Assembly: GCA_043228905.1 (NCBI GenBank)
Contig: JBHGNT010000013.1
Coordinates: forward strand, 18,476,001-18,540,000
Reading direction: 5' to 3'
Length of the DNA: 64,000 nt
From: Azolla caroliniana
Taxonomy: Eukaryota > Plantae > Polypodiophyta
In this document: positions 39,001 to 51,200 of the stretch, piece after piece
Layout: each line of letters opens with the position of its first letter
Position numbering within the stretch: the stretch's first letter is position 1
The notes under the pieces: model-generated
What the model saw: the letters and a program-made list of their open reading frames with translations, nothing else
Database searches by the model: none
Told to the model about the DNA's origin: nothing
Position numbers and translations under genes: made by a program

Positions 39001-39375
39001 TATATTATAGACATAGATGTCAAGTTAGACTATATATACATATACAAACGTATAAGTAGACCTACATATATATAGAGTTGTATCTACTCATAAGTATACA
39101 TTAATGAATAAGCAAAGCTTCAAACTTGGCCATTATACAGAAAATAAATATACATAAATATAAGTATCCTTAAATTTCTAAATGTAAATTAGATCCATTG
39201 CAGAACAAGTGCACGTGCACGAGCTGACTGATGAAGAAATAAATACCTGAGCAAATCTTTCAATGATCTTCCGGAAGCGTTCATGGCGAGCTGCCTGTGA
39301 TTTGACTCTGGAGGCGAGAGGTTTACTAAGACTGCGAAGAGCTAAGGCACCGAGCTTCGCAAAGGGAAGGATCAT
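33078..39375 (-). CDS. OPA3: OPA3-like mitochondrial protein; 4 exons, with a 5.6-kb TE-filled first intron
   Basis: Exons about 39375-39247, 33665-33531, 33397-33311, 33215-33078. Spliced MILPFAKLGALALRSLSKPLASRVKSQAARH..F...AQ|ANH...IQRRLYG...IRPLD.EKAVQAASDLLGE..IFS|VAAAV..FEVQRSARSEARKEE matches the plant OPA3 family. Confidence 0.92.
34040..35400 (-). mobile_element. Degraded non-LTR (LINE-like) 3' fragment; same family as the copies in the UPL6 intron
   Basis: Shares blocks such as ccttgattgacttgtagc, ttaccttgc...gccaaagcc and gatgtgaagaggtc.tgagctgccct with 51450-54330. Confidence 0.6.
35890..36624 (+). mobile_element. Non-autonomous LTR element (TRIM-like): 5' LTR, PBS, short internal region, PPT, deleted 3' LTR
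   Basis: tRNAiMet PBS TGGTATCAGAGC at 36372-36383 directly after ...cttttctcaca; PPT agggggga at about 36560. The downstream segment ends in the same gctgcta(a/t)taacagcttttctc(a)aca. No TSD found. Confidence 0.7.
37060..37380 (+). mobile_element. PBS-like + PPT + LTR-like segment
   Basis: tggtaccaaag at about 37068, purine tract aaaaggggga at about 37100, then a TG...CA segment about 37110-37379. Confidence 0.4.
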
Positions 39376-39407
39376 GGTGCTCTGATCTGTTCTGTTCTGC
39401 TCCGCGT

Positions 39408-39434
39408 CTAGGTTTTTGCAAAGGGAAGGAACAT
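39408..39434 (-). promoter_or_regulatory. uORF2 of OPA3: MFLPFAKT*
   Basis: acc ATG TTC CTT CCC TTT GCA AAA ACC TAG read on the minus strand; copy of the OPA3 start region. Translation not demonstrated. Confidence 0.7.
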
Positions 39435-39455
39435 GGTCGCTGTCGCGTTCTATAA

Positions 39456-39482
39456 TTAGGGTTTCGCAAAGGGCAGGATCAT
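39456..39482 (-). promoter_or_regulatory. uORF1 of OPA3: MILPFAKP*, overlapping a telo-box AAACCCTAA
   Basis: gagcacc ATG ATC CTG CCC TTT GCG AAA CCC TAA on the minus strand. Translation not demonstrated. Confidence 0.7.
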
Positions 39483-39699
39483 GGTGCTCTGCTTCTATTA
39501 TCAGAGTTTGTTTCCTTTTACTCTGAGGAACTCCACTGTCTGTGCCTTTGACCTTCTTAATATTTTCTTGCAGTAAATAGGCTGTCTGAAAATACACCAG
39601 AAATATGACCAGCTCAAATTTGGGCATAGGCCAAATTTGGTCTTAGAAGACGTTAATATCTTTGGGTTCGGTGTGTCCGACCATGTCTCAAACGGTGAT

Positions 39700-41650
39700 C
39701 ACGGGGAATTTCGATTACAACAGTGGATAATCCGATGTTAAACTGGTATGAATTAATGGAGTATGCCTTAGGCTCAACCTTGCCTCACATTCTCTCCGAC
39801 CAATTGGAAAAAGCAGTAATTGTTTTGCAATATATGCACTTGTTTCATTTGACACAACACTCGTCCTCTCGAGTTCGATCCCAACGTGGCCAACATGTGT
39901 GTTGTTTGGTTGTTTATTCCCAAACACCAAGTTGCTTCCGATGACTTACTATCTATCACGTTGACCCACTTTTTTCAAGCAATACGTTTGGAACAAACCT
40001 CAAATTTTGCATTCTCAAGAAACACCTTGAGAAAGTTGCAATAACTCTTCAATGAAGGTTCCAATTACGTATCTAAGTATGTTTCGTGATGTTTGCCACG
40101 GCCCACCACCATCAATTGTTGAATAATGTGGATGTAAGAAATTAGCATTCAATCAAAGCAATACAATCCTTGAAATACTGACCATGTGAATGAATGGAGG
40201 GAGCATGGATCATTCTTTGTTGAACAATAATTACGGGGAATGTAGTAGTTGGCCAATAAGTTGATTCTAATTGTTTAATACATTGCGCCTAGATTTTCCA
40301 AAAATGCATACTTGCCATTAAAATATGTTGTTCCCATCAACACATGCATAATCATATGAAGTATCACGTGGACATTTGGTCAATCAACACCTATGAAGTT
40401 CAAACATTACAATGTATAGTGTTTGAGTGTCGTATGTGGGGACATGGAGAGTGCTTGATAATCTAGCACTATGAACCTTGTTAATCAACATTCTACTACG
40501 GTTTATGGTTAGGAGTTGGAAATTGAATTATACCATCATGGTTTCTTGACAAATTATGACCTTGAGCATCATTTTGATATCCCTTAAACATTGCAAATTA
40601 GCATGTGCCACATGCAACATGGTTTGCCACTATTAGGATTGCATGTGTAGTGGTGTTATCATTGAAAGGATGAGACCATTGAATAAATATTACTTACTGT
40701 CAAAGTATGTTGCATATACATATACACGTTCAATCTTATTTACGAAAGCTTCAATAAGAATAATACATTGCAATACATTCACACCATAATGAGAGAGATA
40801 TTTTGATGACAACAAATTTCTATTGCTCAATAAAAGAGAAATGTATTTTTCAAAGCTTTGACCATGGAGTAATATATATGTACTTTCAATATGGTAAATT
40901 GTTAAATGGATATAATGTCATCCATGCTAATATCATTTGTGTGCTAGAGCGGCTAACTACAAGGACATCTAAATTGGTATAGTGATATAGATCCTAGTAC
41001 ATACCTTTGTGTTGTTTGTGAGCTTTGGTATAAACAACTCAAATCAATAACCTCACAACTTGGCGTTGTCTTGGAGCCAATTATGTCTTCGTGCACATTA
41101 TGAATGTGTATGCATGTTTCAAAGGTTGGAAAATCCTTGATTGGCTCGAAGACATATGTATTGTTGACTCAATTTTCCTATTCAAACGGTGTCCCATCCA
41201 TTGTCCAAGTGATGAACAACCATAAGCTTGACGAGGGACATTGGCACAACCATCAACAAATAACTATTTTGTCGTTGGGAACAAACTCCTTGAAGATGTC
41301 ACTTTGCAGCACAATATATATTTGCATGCATAACATTGGCTTTGTGTGCTTAACTAGAAGGCCCTCCAATCTAAATGGTTTAGCCATTTGATCCCTGAAA
41401 CATCAAGTGGTTTGTTAGGAACCATCCTCGCAACTTGGCACCACCTTACACTTTTTCGTTTTAGTTTAAGGTGTTGATTGTTTACACATGGATTACATCA
41501 AATTGTTTTGCAGAACGATTTTTCATCGTGTTAAAGAAAGATATAATCCAATGCCAACATTGAGTTGAATCATCCATGATAACTAGAATGCTGACGAGTT
41601 CAATCATGATCTTGCATATCCATGTATCTCGGAAGAGGATCATGCAATTG
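39700..41650 (-). mobile_element. Decayed hAT-family (DUF659-type) transposase remnant between OPA3 and UPL6
   Basis: Minus-strand 'WQTMLHVAHANLQCLRDI' (about 40577-40630) resembles the hAT motif W.PC.AHCLNL.LKDI. The rest is heavily broken; boundaries approximate. Confidence 0.45.
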
Positions 41651-41931
41651 TCGTAATTAAGCCTAATTAGCTTGATATGCAAGCAATTGTCGTAATTTAA
41701 GTCTAGTTAGCTCGATACGCAAGACGTGGTGGGCGGAAAGGAGGTTGTGGAGAGACACACACATAGAGTCGGATGGATTCCATTAGTGTTTTTTCTTTAA
41801 CCCCTTCCTTCCCCGTAAAAGGGCAAGTAAAACTCATGTACATTTTTTTTGCGTTGTTTCTCTCTTTTCTGTCTCTCTCTTATTTTCCTTCAGATCGTTT
41901 CCAGGGAACGAAAGAAAATCGAAGAGAAAGG

Positions 41932-41940
41932 AGAGAGCAG

Positions 41941-41986
<46 letters not shown>
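41932..41986. repeat. (GA)n microsatellite upstream of UPL6
   Basis: More than 20 GA units; similar tracts at about 9751-9779, 25080-25110, 25377-25400 and 25561-25700. Confidence 0.95.
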
Positions 41987-41989
<3 letters not shown>

Positions 41990-42277
41990 ATCAGTGAATG
42001 AAAGAAGAAGAAACCATCGCGATCTTCTGAACACAAATTAGGGTTGCCTTTCTCTCTCCCGAACAGAAATTAGGTTTCCCTTTCTTTATTTGTTTCTTCC
42101 CCTCTGCCTATCTGTACTCCGAACACGCAAATACGTGCACAGGCTGAGCAGGGCGATAGAATGGGAAGTAATCATTTCAAACCATCTCCCTGAGCTATTT
42201 TCTCGTGAAGAAAAGACCTGATAATTCTATCATCTGTACCAAAACTGTAATGATTTTGGTAGCACGAGGATTTAAGA

Positions 42278-45200
42278 ATGTTTTTCTCTGGCGATCCTTC
42301 ATCTAAAAGGAAGGTGGACCTTGGTGGGAGAAGCTCCAAAGAGAGGGACAGAGGTAAGCTTCTCGAAATAGCCAAAGTCGAGAGGAAGAAAAGACAGAGG
42401 TTTCGGCTCGAGACACAAAGCGCCATTATCATCCAGGTTATTCTTTTTTTTCTTCATAATGTTCTTTATCACATTTCTGAATTTCTTGTAGAATAGGAGT
42501 TTTTTAACTTCTTCAAAAGTTTTGCTAAATTCTCAACCATACACGTACATGTAAATGTTATGCTCATCGGGTGATGATGAATATCTAAGGTGTCGTGATG
42601 CAACTCGTGTGTGAAAATTCTTGTTTTCTTAGAATAGGAGAAAAAATTGTGTTTTATTGATATTTGACTAATGGACTGATAGTATTATATTGCCAAATTG
42701 GATTTCGTGCCAAATTGGATTTCGTGAAGGCTCTAGCTAGGAATAAATAGCAGAATATTTCACAATTATGTAGCAAACAGCCTCAAACTTTTCCCATGTT
42801 ATTTACTCCGTATCACACTGCTCATTAGCTTGTGATTTTACCTTGCAATGGGAGCATTGAAAACGCAAATTAAAAAACTTTGAGTGTTAACCAAGGGAAT
42901 TCAAAACATAGTTATACAATTGTGCTCATCATTGTATCATGCATGCACTACAGTCGTAAATCCTGTCCACAGCCTCATTTAGAATCAACTTGATGGTTTA
43001 AATAACTTTGGTTTGTTTTTTGTTGATTTACTTTCTGGCAATATTTGCTCAGGTAACAAAGCAATAGCCATAGTAAGTAAAAGTCAAAACTTGATGAAGC
43101 CATTGGAAATGCCAACGTGTACCAGAAGCATTGCTACTTAATGCATATGTGGTTTCATTTGAAAAGTTCAGTCTTTCCCGTATTGTGAGAGTGTTTGGAA
43201 CTTGGGATCAACAAGTCAGTAGTAAAATCAAGTTTTTTTGAGAAACACAGCTATAGGCAAAGAAATAAAATTCCTGAAAGAAATTAACTCATCATTTATA
43301 CAGAAGGATGGTGGTAGTTTGTGATGTGGCCTCTTAATACTCATTTTCCAACATCAGTGCTGATGTTCAAAATGATTGTGCAGGATATCCTTTGCAATGT
43401 TTGGGGCATCACAATTGTTGCATTTCCTTATGGTCCAAATTAGAATAAAAAGAACTTCTCAATGTAAAAAAGAAAAATCAATGATGTTGGATGCCTTTGA
43501 ACACAAAAGACATGGATGTGTCTGAATGACCAATCCAAGGTTAAGAAACAACACATTCATGGGATCTTTCTGATGATGATGCACATTCAATGCTAGAATA
43601 GGACACAACTCATGAATTGAATGATGCACCCAACATGACTGTGAGATTCAATTCACATCCCAACTTTATTAAGCACAAGTTTAGGATATTGCTGGGAAAC
43701 TTATGGTGTGTCCTTTTACAAGAATATAGTTGGCGCTGATGATTATACCATAGTGCCAATGGAGATGATAGTCCATATGATCCCCACTGATGGAATGTAG
43801 GAGCAGGTTTTGGATTAAGAATTTTACATCACACCTCTATATATTCTATCAATAATACCTACGCCATGAACATGAAATTTTGTAGACAAAATATACTATA
43901 TCTGAGCCATTATTACTCATACTCATATACTTTCTGTTTCTCTGTTAATGCGAATGTTGCAGAGGTATCATAGCTCTTTTGTGTTGTTCCATGGCTTGAA
44001 AGTAACTTAAGCTGATTTACAAGATATACATTTCTATGTAAGATCCTTTTAGATGTGGTTCCATAACCTTGTTTTACTTTTGCAACAGAAAGTTTTTCGG
44101 GGAAGAAGAGCTGTTGCTGCAGAACGTCAAACTGTCCGAAAGCAATTTTGTGCAATATATGGGGAGCATGGTGAAAAAATAGACAAGTAATGCATATATT
44201 TTTTATTATCTTGTTGAATTTGAGGACATGTTGTAAAATACTTGATCATTCGGTAGTAGGCCGCAATGGAAAGAAATAATCATAGTATGCGCCTATTAGA
44301 GTAGTTTTTCCTCATGGCTGCCTATGATGAACATTGAAGTTGATGATCAAACTCTTTGCGTGTAAACTATGTATGCTTCCTTCCAAATATAAGACATTTG
44401 TATCTTCTCTCTAGGAAATTTGCTATATGTTTATCTTCAAACTTATTATTTCCTTAAAGGTACTTTTGATTGTAATATTGCAAGTATATGCGTAGCTCCT
44501 ACTTGCTTATCAAAGGATTAATTGCTGCACATGTTTCAAAAGATTTTATTTTGTTTGCTTCTTTAACCTTATAATTTTATGTAAATTTTCTTGACAGGAA
44601 TGCTTTCAAGGTGGAATCAAAATGCTTGCCTGAACTTATTTTCTTCTACCAGTCTCATGAAAAGGATGATTTTCTACGATTAACTGCTGTCTGTCGTGCA
44701 TTACATCAATCGTTGATTGAAGCAGGTATATGTGTTAAGATCATGGGAACCATGCAATTAATTTGGAAGAAATGGTTGATCCCTATCGTTTCATGTTTAT
44801 CCAGGTGACTTGGACACATTACTCAGCGTTGACAACCCTAGCTTAGAGAAGTCTTTATATAATTCCATTGTAGAACACCGTGTGAAGAACCTTTCTTACT
44901 TATGTATAGTAGCCATTCATCATTATCGGTAAGTTCAATTATGTACTCATATTTGCAATTAAAACCATGCTGAGAAAAATAATCAAGTCATCTTCAAGAC
45001 AGAAATTTCTGATAACAGAATGTAAGAAAACATTGATATTCTATGAACCAAAAGGTATCCCATGAATTAAATTAGGGTCTTGTAGCTTTGTTGTTTAAAT
45101 GTCAAAACCACAGAAAACAACGTTAGGTGTGAGGATGCTTCACTATTGTCTATGGGAACTAAAGTAAATCTTGTAGTCTTAAATAAAATATAAACTTAGT

Positions 45201-48200
45201 TTAACATTGCTTGTTGATGTTCTATATATTTCCTATATAAAATTTGTAAATAGTATTTAAATGTATGAACGTTGAAGGGGGAATGATGTGGCTTAAACAT
45301 TGAAGTACTTGTCAAGAGAGTGTATTCACGCCTCTTAAATAATTCGTAAACAATTTATAAACGACTCCTAATGTGTTATTTGTGTCCAGTGACTCAGGAG
45401 TCTCTTTAAGTGTGACAACCATGCCCCTGAGTCACTCAGAGGACACCATGTGTAACTATGTGGTCAATAGATTATAGCTACTAACACATAGACAAATTTA
45501 GTTTTGTGGGAGGTTTCAACAACTCCAAGCCACCGAGCCATGAAAATAGCAAATAAGTTGGTTTCTTTGTAAATAATGAAATTGCCGTATCTTTACATCT
45601 TACATTGTTTGGAACTACTTTTTTCATATTCACAACCTCAACATTAAGAATAGCTTGTTTAATGTTCTTATAGTACACGGCCTTGTGATTATAGAGACAA
45701 CAACAAAGGCATGCAACAATGTCCTGGCTAATTACACTTCTATATTAGTTCTAAATTACACTTCTATAATTTACTTTCTTTCTGAGCTCCATAATCTTAA
45801 TTTGGATTGTGGTAACTTTACTACGAACTGATGCAAAGGTTGTCCTCTATGGAGGTGTCCTAGCAATATTAAAAGATAAACTACATTGAATGAAATTCTT
45901 CATAATAACTTGCATGGACTCACACATTTTAAAACCAAATTCCATGTGAATTCTAATTGCCTATGAGATGAAAGCAGTGGCATTGAGTCTGTGTATGGCG
46001 CATGGTTTTGTGATTGCAACATAAGCCTGGATTGCTTTAGCATCTGAAAGCACTCAACGAATGTCATATTTTGTAGATGTTTTCTCAAAGAATGGCATCC
46101 CATATCTGATCTAGGAATGAAAAACATATAATTGCAAGGAAAAGCTACATTATGTCATAAACATCCAAGAATAAGAAATTCTTTTCTGGACTCAGTTTCT
46201 ACTGCATTTCATAACTAAGTTGACTCAATAATGACGAGATTGAAAGTGAAACAAAATTTGTGGAATAAAGAAGACTTAATTTTGGGTGTATCATAATAAT
46301 TGATGCTAAGGTTAAAGTGATGCTGGCTTGTTTTTGACTAAATAACCTGTGCACATGTTTAAGATTTTTAAGGTGACCAATGAAAGTTTGTCAAAACTGC
46401 TCTTGAAATTTTTTACAGGGCTTCTTTCAGACAGGAATTATTATCACCAATTGTTGCTTGGGACAGAGAATTCAGTCCAGCCCTTTTACTTTTACACACT
46501 GTACTTACACTTACAGATACGGGAGTCTCCTGGTCTGGAGTGATTCTGGACTTTCTCTACAAAAACAAGTTATTTGTCTTACTTCGGGAGTTACTTCAAA
46601 CCGTGGTATGCAACTCTGTATGCGCAATGCTCACTTTAACATTGATTTAAATGCAATTGTATCCTCAATGTTCACTTTATCAGTGATTTGAATACAACAT
46701 TTTGGGCTCTTGTTTGTGCTTCTTTAACAATTTTTTATTTTGTTTTTAATGTCAGTCTGAAGAAAGCTGCTGTCATAATGAAGTGTCTTGCTTAGAGCAT
46801 GCTGTGATATTACTAGCACATAGGCATGCTGGAAAAGGGCAGAATGTAAAGAGATTGGACTCATGGAGCTTTACAGTACAGATCTTGTCTATCCCACTCG
46901 TGTTTCAGAAATTTCCTTCCTTTAAGCAGGTGCAGTCATGTCATGAAGTTATGCATATCCTATTCTTCGTCATCTCAGCATATTCATGTTTATTCGGAAT
47001 GCATATATATCTTAACGTTGCGTTAGGTTATCGTGAGCAAGGGTCTGTGGGCATCTTCAGTTTGGCAGCTTTCCTCATCATTACCAGAATTGATTGAACA
47101 GTTGCCGCAAAGTATGTCAACACAGTTCCCATCATCTGTATGTTTGCTTGGGAACCTTTTGGAGGTTTCAGGACCAGCCCTGTCATTAAGAGATTGCCCT
47201 TTGCAGCTGGTAAAATTGGACCACCACATCATAATGAGGTTCACAAATGGTATTGTAACATTTGATAACATCTTCTTGTTATTGTACCAGGCTGTTAGTT
47301 TTGCCACCGTGTCAAGATGCCTCATGGAAGTGTTTTCTTCTCAGTACATAAAGTCATCTGATCCCCTACCTGATGAAGGTATTAATTTTGAGTTATGGGA
47401 TGGTTTATATGGCAGCCTGTAGAATATATTTTTAAGAGTTTTTCTCTTTGAAGACTCTGAAGAGAGCATGGAAGTAGACGCACGAGAATCAGCAGTGCCA
47501 ATTGATAAAGCATTGGAAGATCAGCTTTTATATGCGAGTAAACCAGATGTTATTAAGAATCTGGTGGGCAAAGTTGATTTATTACTTCGTTTATGGAATT
47601 CATTAATGTTTTGACGTCCAATTTCAAGCAGGCACATAATTATAATGTTCTCTTTATCCTAAAGGTCAGGATAGTCTTTCCAGACATTTCCTTTGCATCA
47701 CAAGAAAAGGGGATTGTTCCTTCTAGCAGCGAGGCAGCAGCTATGGCTGAAATTTGTGGTTTTTTCTTCACTTCTTTCTCATTGTTTCCAAATTCGGGAG
47801 CAATAACAACCTTAGCTTACAGCACACAGCTTGTTTCTTACCTTTGGCACTATATGGAGAGGTGCAACTCAGCTCATGAGTGGCCCATTATTAGTCTCCA
47901 GCATAAAAGTGATAAAGAGAATTATCCAGGCATGGAAATGGATGGTTTGCTGCTTCCATTATCAGTTTTCTGTCCTGTGTACAGGTAGGCCTTAGTAAGG
48001 ATGTCATGTTGAAAACATTATTGTATGTATCTTCAAATTGTATATCTTATTCATACTTGCCTCAACTTTGTGCATTAGTCACATGCTTCTTAGTCTCGAC
48101 AATGAGGAGTTCTATGAGCAGCAGAAGCCCCTTCAATTAGGAGATTTGCGAATACTAATCATCATATTGAAAGAGGTATGCATTTCACATTTTCTTTGAA

Positions 48201-51200
48201 ATGTCAAAATGATGTATGCTTGTGTTGTTCATATGGAATCCAACTGAAGAATTCAAAGGAAACTGAAACGCGTGCAATGAGAAACAGGAAATAGATTGGT
48301 TCTCTTTGCTGATTATCTTTTCTGCAATACAAAAGGACTGGAATATTGGGAGGAAGAGAAAATACGAGAAGATAGAGGAGGGTAGGACTGCAGGTGCAAT
48401 CCTTGAATGTGAAAGACCCTTCACATTTGGATTCCAGAACTTTTGCAAGGAGTTGTGTATGTTACAGTAATCAAGATGGTTGAATCTAACTAAGAGAACC
48501 CAATTCACTACCAAAGATCTCGTTGTTATTGAGAGATGGGAAACTATCAATTTGACTACAGCATAGGGGCAAATGGCATCCCAGCACGGATGTCAGTATC
48601 AACTAGCAAGTTGCAACCCAAGATACCTGAAGACCTAGGGTAGAGCAATTCATAGCACCCTATGGGGATGGGTTCAAATCTAAAAATTCCAGTTCATGTT
48701 AACACAACTGGCTTTGCTGAATACTTGTAATGCTGAATCCTTATTGCATGTGCCATGTGATTGTATGCCTCCTCAGTCCTAGACTACTGCAGGATATCAG
48801 TCATTAATTTTTCATTCAAAACCAGAGCATTTGCTTTCTCAAACGTGATATCTGCAGAACTTTTGCCTCTGCAAAATTCAAAATGCACGACGTGACAATG
48901 ATCCATCTGAAATTATCATTAAAACCATTTTTACCCGTTATTATCCTTTTCACTTCCTCTAGATTTTCTCTATTGCTTCCAAATGCTTATCTTCTAGTTT
49001 TTCTCTATTTCTTTCCACAAGGGTTTGTTTTGTGGTTGATTTTTAGCTTAGATGTTCTCTGTTGCTGTCAAATTCCATTCTCTTGTTTTGCTGCCCACAT
49101 ATCCACCTTAAGTTTATGCTTCTGTTTGTTTAAGAAAACTGTAAGGTTTTTATTTTGTGGCTGATTTTGTTTTCTCGTGAGGGAGTGAAGAGGGGGAACA
49201 ATCTTTTAATTTAAACTAGTCACATCCATTACCTGTGTGATATTCCCTTGTTCTTGTTTATTTGGTGCTCCATGGACAATTTCATTGTTCACATGGCTAA
49301 GTAACTTTCTGTGTATCTGTTTGTTTTGTGATACACTTCACGAAAGAAAGAGAGTGAGAGAGAGTTGTTTGTTTTTTTGAAAGGCTTTATGGCAGCTGCT
49401 ATGGGTATTGCCTTCAAAACTGGCACCGACCACTTCAGCCTCCCTAAAAAAAGTGTCAAATTCTCAGAAAGGCCAGAGGGTTTTCTCATCAAGTTTTTTC
49501 AGACAAAGGGTTAGCCATCTTTCCTCCACACTGCTTGCACAGGTGAGAGGGGATTAATCATATCATCATTTAATAAACTCTATAGCTAAATTTGATGTAT
49601 TTGTGTTGACATCAAAATTCCATTTTGTTCAGTTACAGGATTGGAATAACAGACGCCAATACACACCACCTCAAGATTTTTATGCAAGAGAAGCCATGGA
49701 TGAACTATTCTTTTCACAGGTTTGTTTCTCATCTAGAGCATGATGTTTTACATACATTTTCTTTTCTCTATTTTCTGTAGGGTATATTGAAGTCTTCATC
49801 TGCTTTTTCTTGTCCACTGATGTTGCAGTTGTGTTCTAATGTCATGCCAAAGATCTCTAATATCTGTTTGACATGAACAATCAAAAACTGATTTTGAGAA
49901 TATGAAAAAACATTTAGATTTGGTGTTTAAGGTGTTAGAATGGAGCAAATACATAGGAGACCTATCAATGAACAACTGTATTTCGGCGACTAATCCAATT
50001 ATACAAGTTACCAAAGTGGTTCCTGATGTGTTGGCAATGCGCTTCTTAAAGACATTACTAACTTTAGGGAAAACATTGGAAATGTGATTCAAACAACGCA
50101 TCTTTTACATGCGCTTTTTAAGAAATATAGGAATGTTGTAAGATGTATACAAACATATATGTTTTTTATAAAGCCGTAGACTCTATCAAGCTCTTATATT
50201 TCAAGATTCGCTATATTTACAATGATTCAAGAAGATTTGTACAATTTATGAAGAAGTCATAGATATGATCAGTGATCCAGAAAAAACAATAGATGAGGGC
50301 AAATAGTTCTATTTTTACTTTCAAAGATGTAATATAACTCTATTTCCTCCTTTTGGCACCATTTATAACATCCTTATTGAGCAAAATAAGCTTGCCTTGT
50401 TTTCCCATTGTCAATAAACTACTTATCATCCTCAGATAAATTTCAGTCATAATCTTTATTGATTATGTAAAGTGATCAGTAAGATGTAGATTTATTTGAA
50501 GTAGGAAAATCAATCACAAGTTTTGAATTAATGGCTTCTATTAAGTGGTTCTATAATATGCAGGTAGAACATGAGAATTCCAGGGCACGCGAACTGCTTT
50601 ACCAGGCTCCGTTTTTGATCCCATTTAATCACAGAGTCCGTATTTATACTGTGAGTGTATCCCATCCAAAGTATATGGCAAGTTACAAATTTAATGAGAA
50701 AATTTGATTAATGGATCACATGGCCTATGGTTATTTAACTGAATAAGTATGGGGGAGATTTTATCTTATACTATATAGTTACTAGTATAATATGTTTGTA
50801 TTATATTCATTATAATGATGGAAGTCTAGAATGAGTGCACCAAACAAATGTGAAGATATTTCAGGACATTTGATGTCGATTTACTTGACCACAATACGCC
50901 AAGAAACTTTGGTCATAAGTAACTTGTACTAATTCTTCTGGCAGAGATAGAGGAAAAAATCATGTGCATGGGAAATATTTAGAAGTAAAAACGTTAGGAG
51001 AAAGAAAGAAAGATATATTAACATCTTTTAAGAGTCCAAAGCCTATAAGACCAAACAAGAGATCGCATTTCAAGTGTTGTCTCGTCTTTCAGAACAAAAC
51101 AAATAAATAATGATACCATAGTACGTAAAATTCGTGTTCGTCTAGCATAGCATTCATTTTCCAACGTTGGAAAACGAATGCGAATGTTATTCAAACATTC

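Noticed and set aside
39376-39627. 84-aa N-terminal extension of OPA3 suggested by the ORF track (ATG 39627)
   Set aside because: Family homology starts at MILPFAKL (39375); the extension runs through the duplicated leader repeats and has no recognisable similarity. Not excluded without TSS data.
42161-42193. Short upstream ORF MGSNHFKPSP* before UPL6
   Set aside because: Short uATGs are expected by chance; no supporting pattern and the TSS is unknown.
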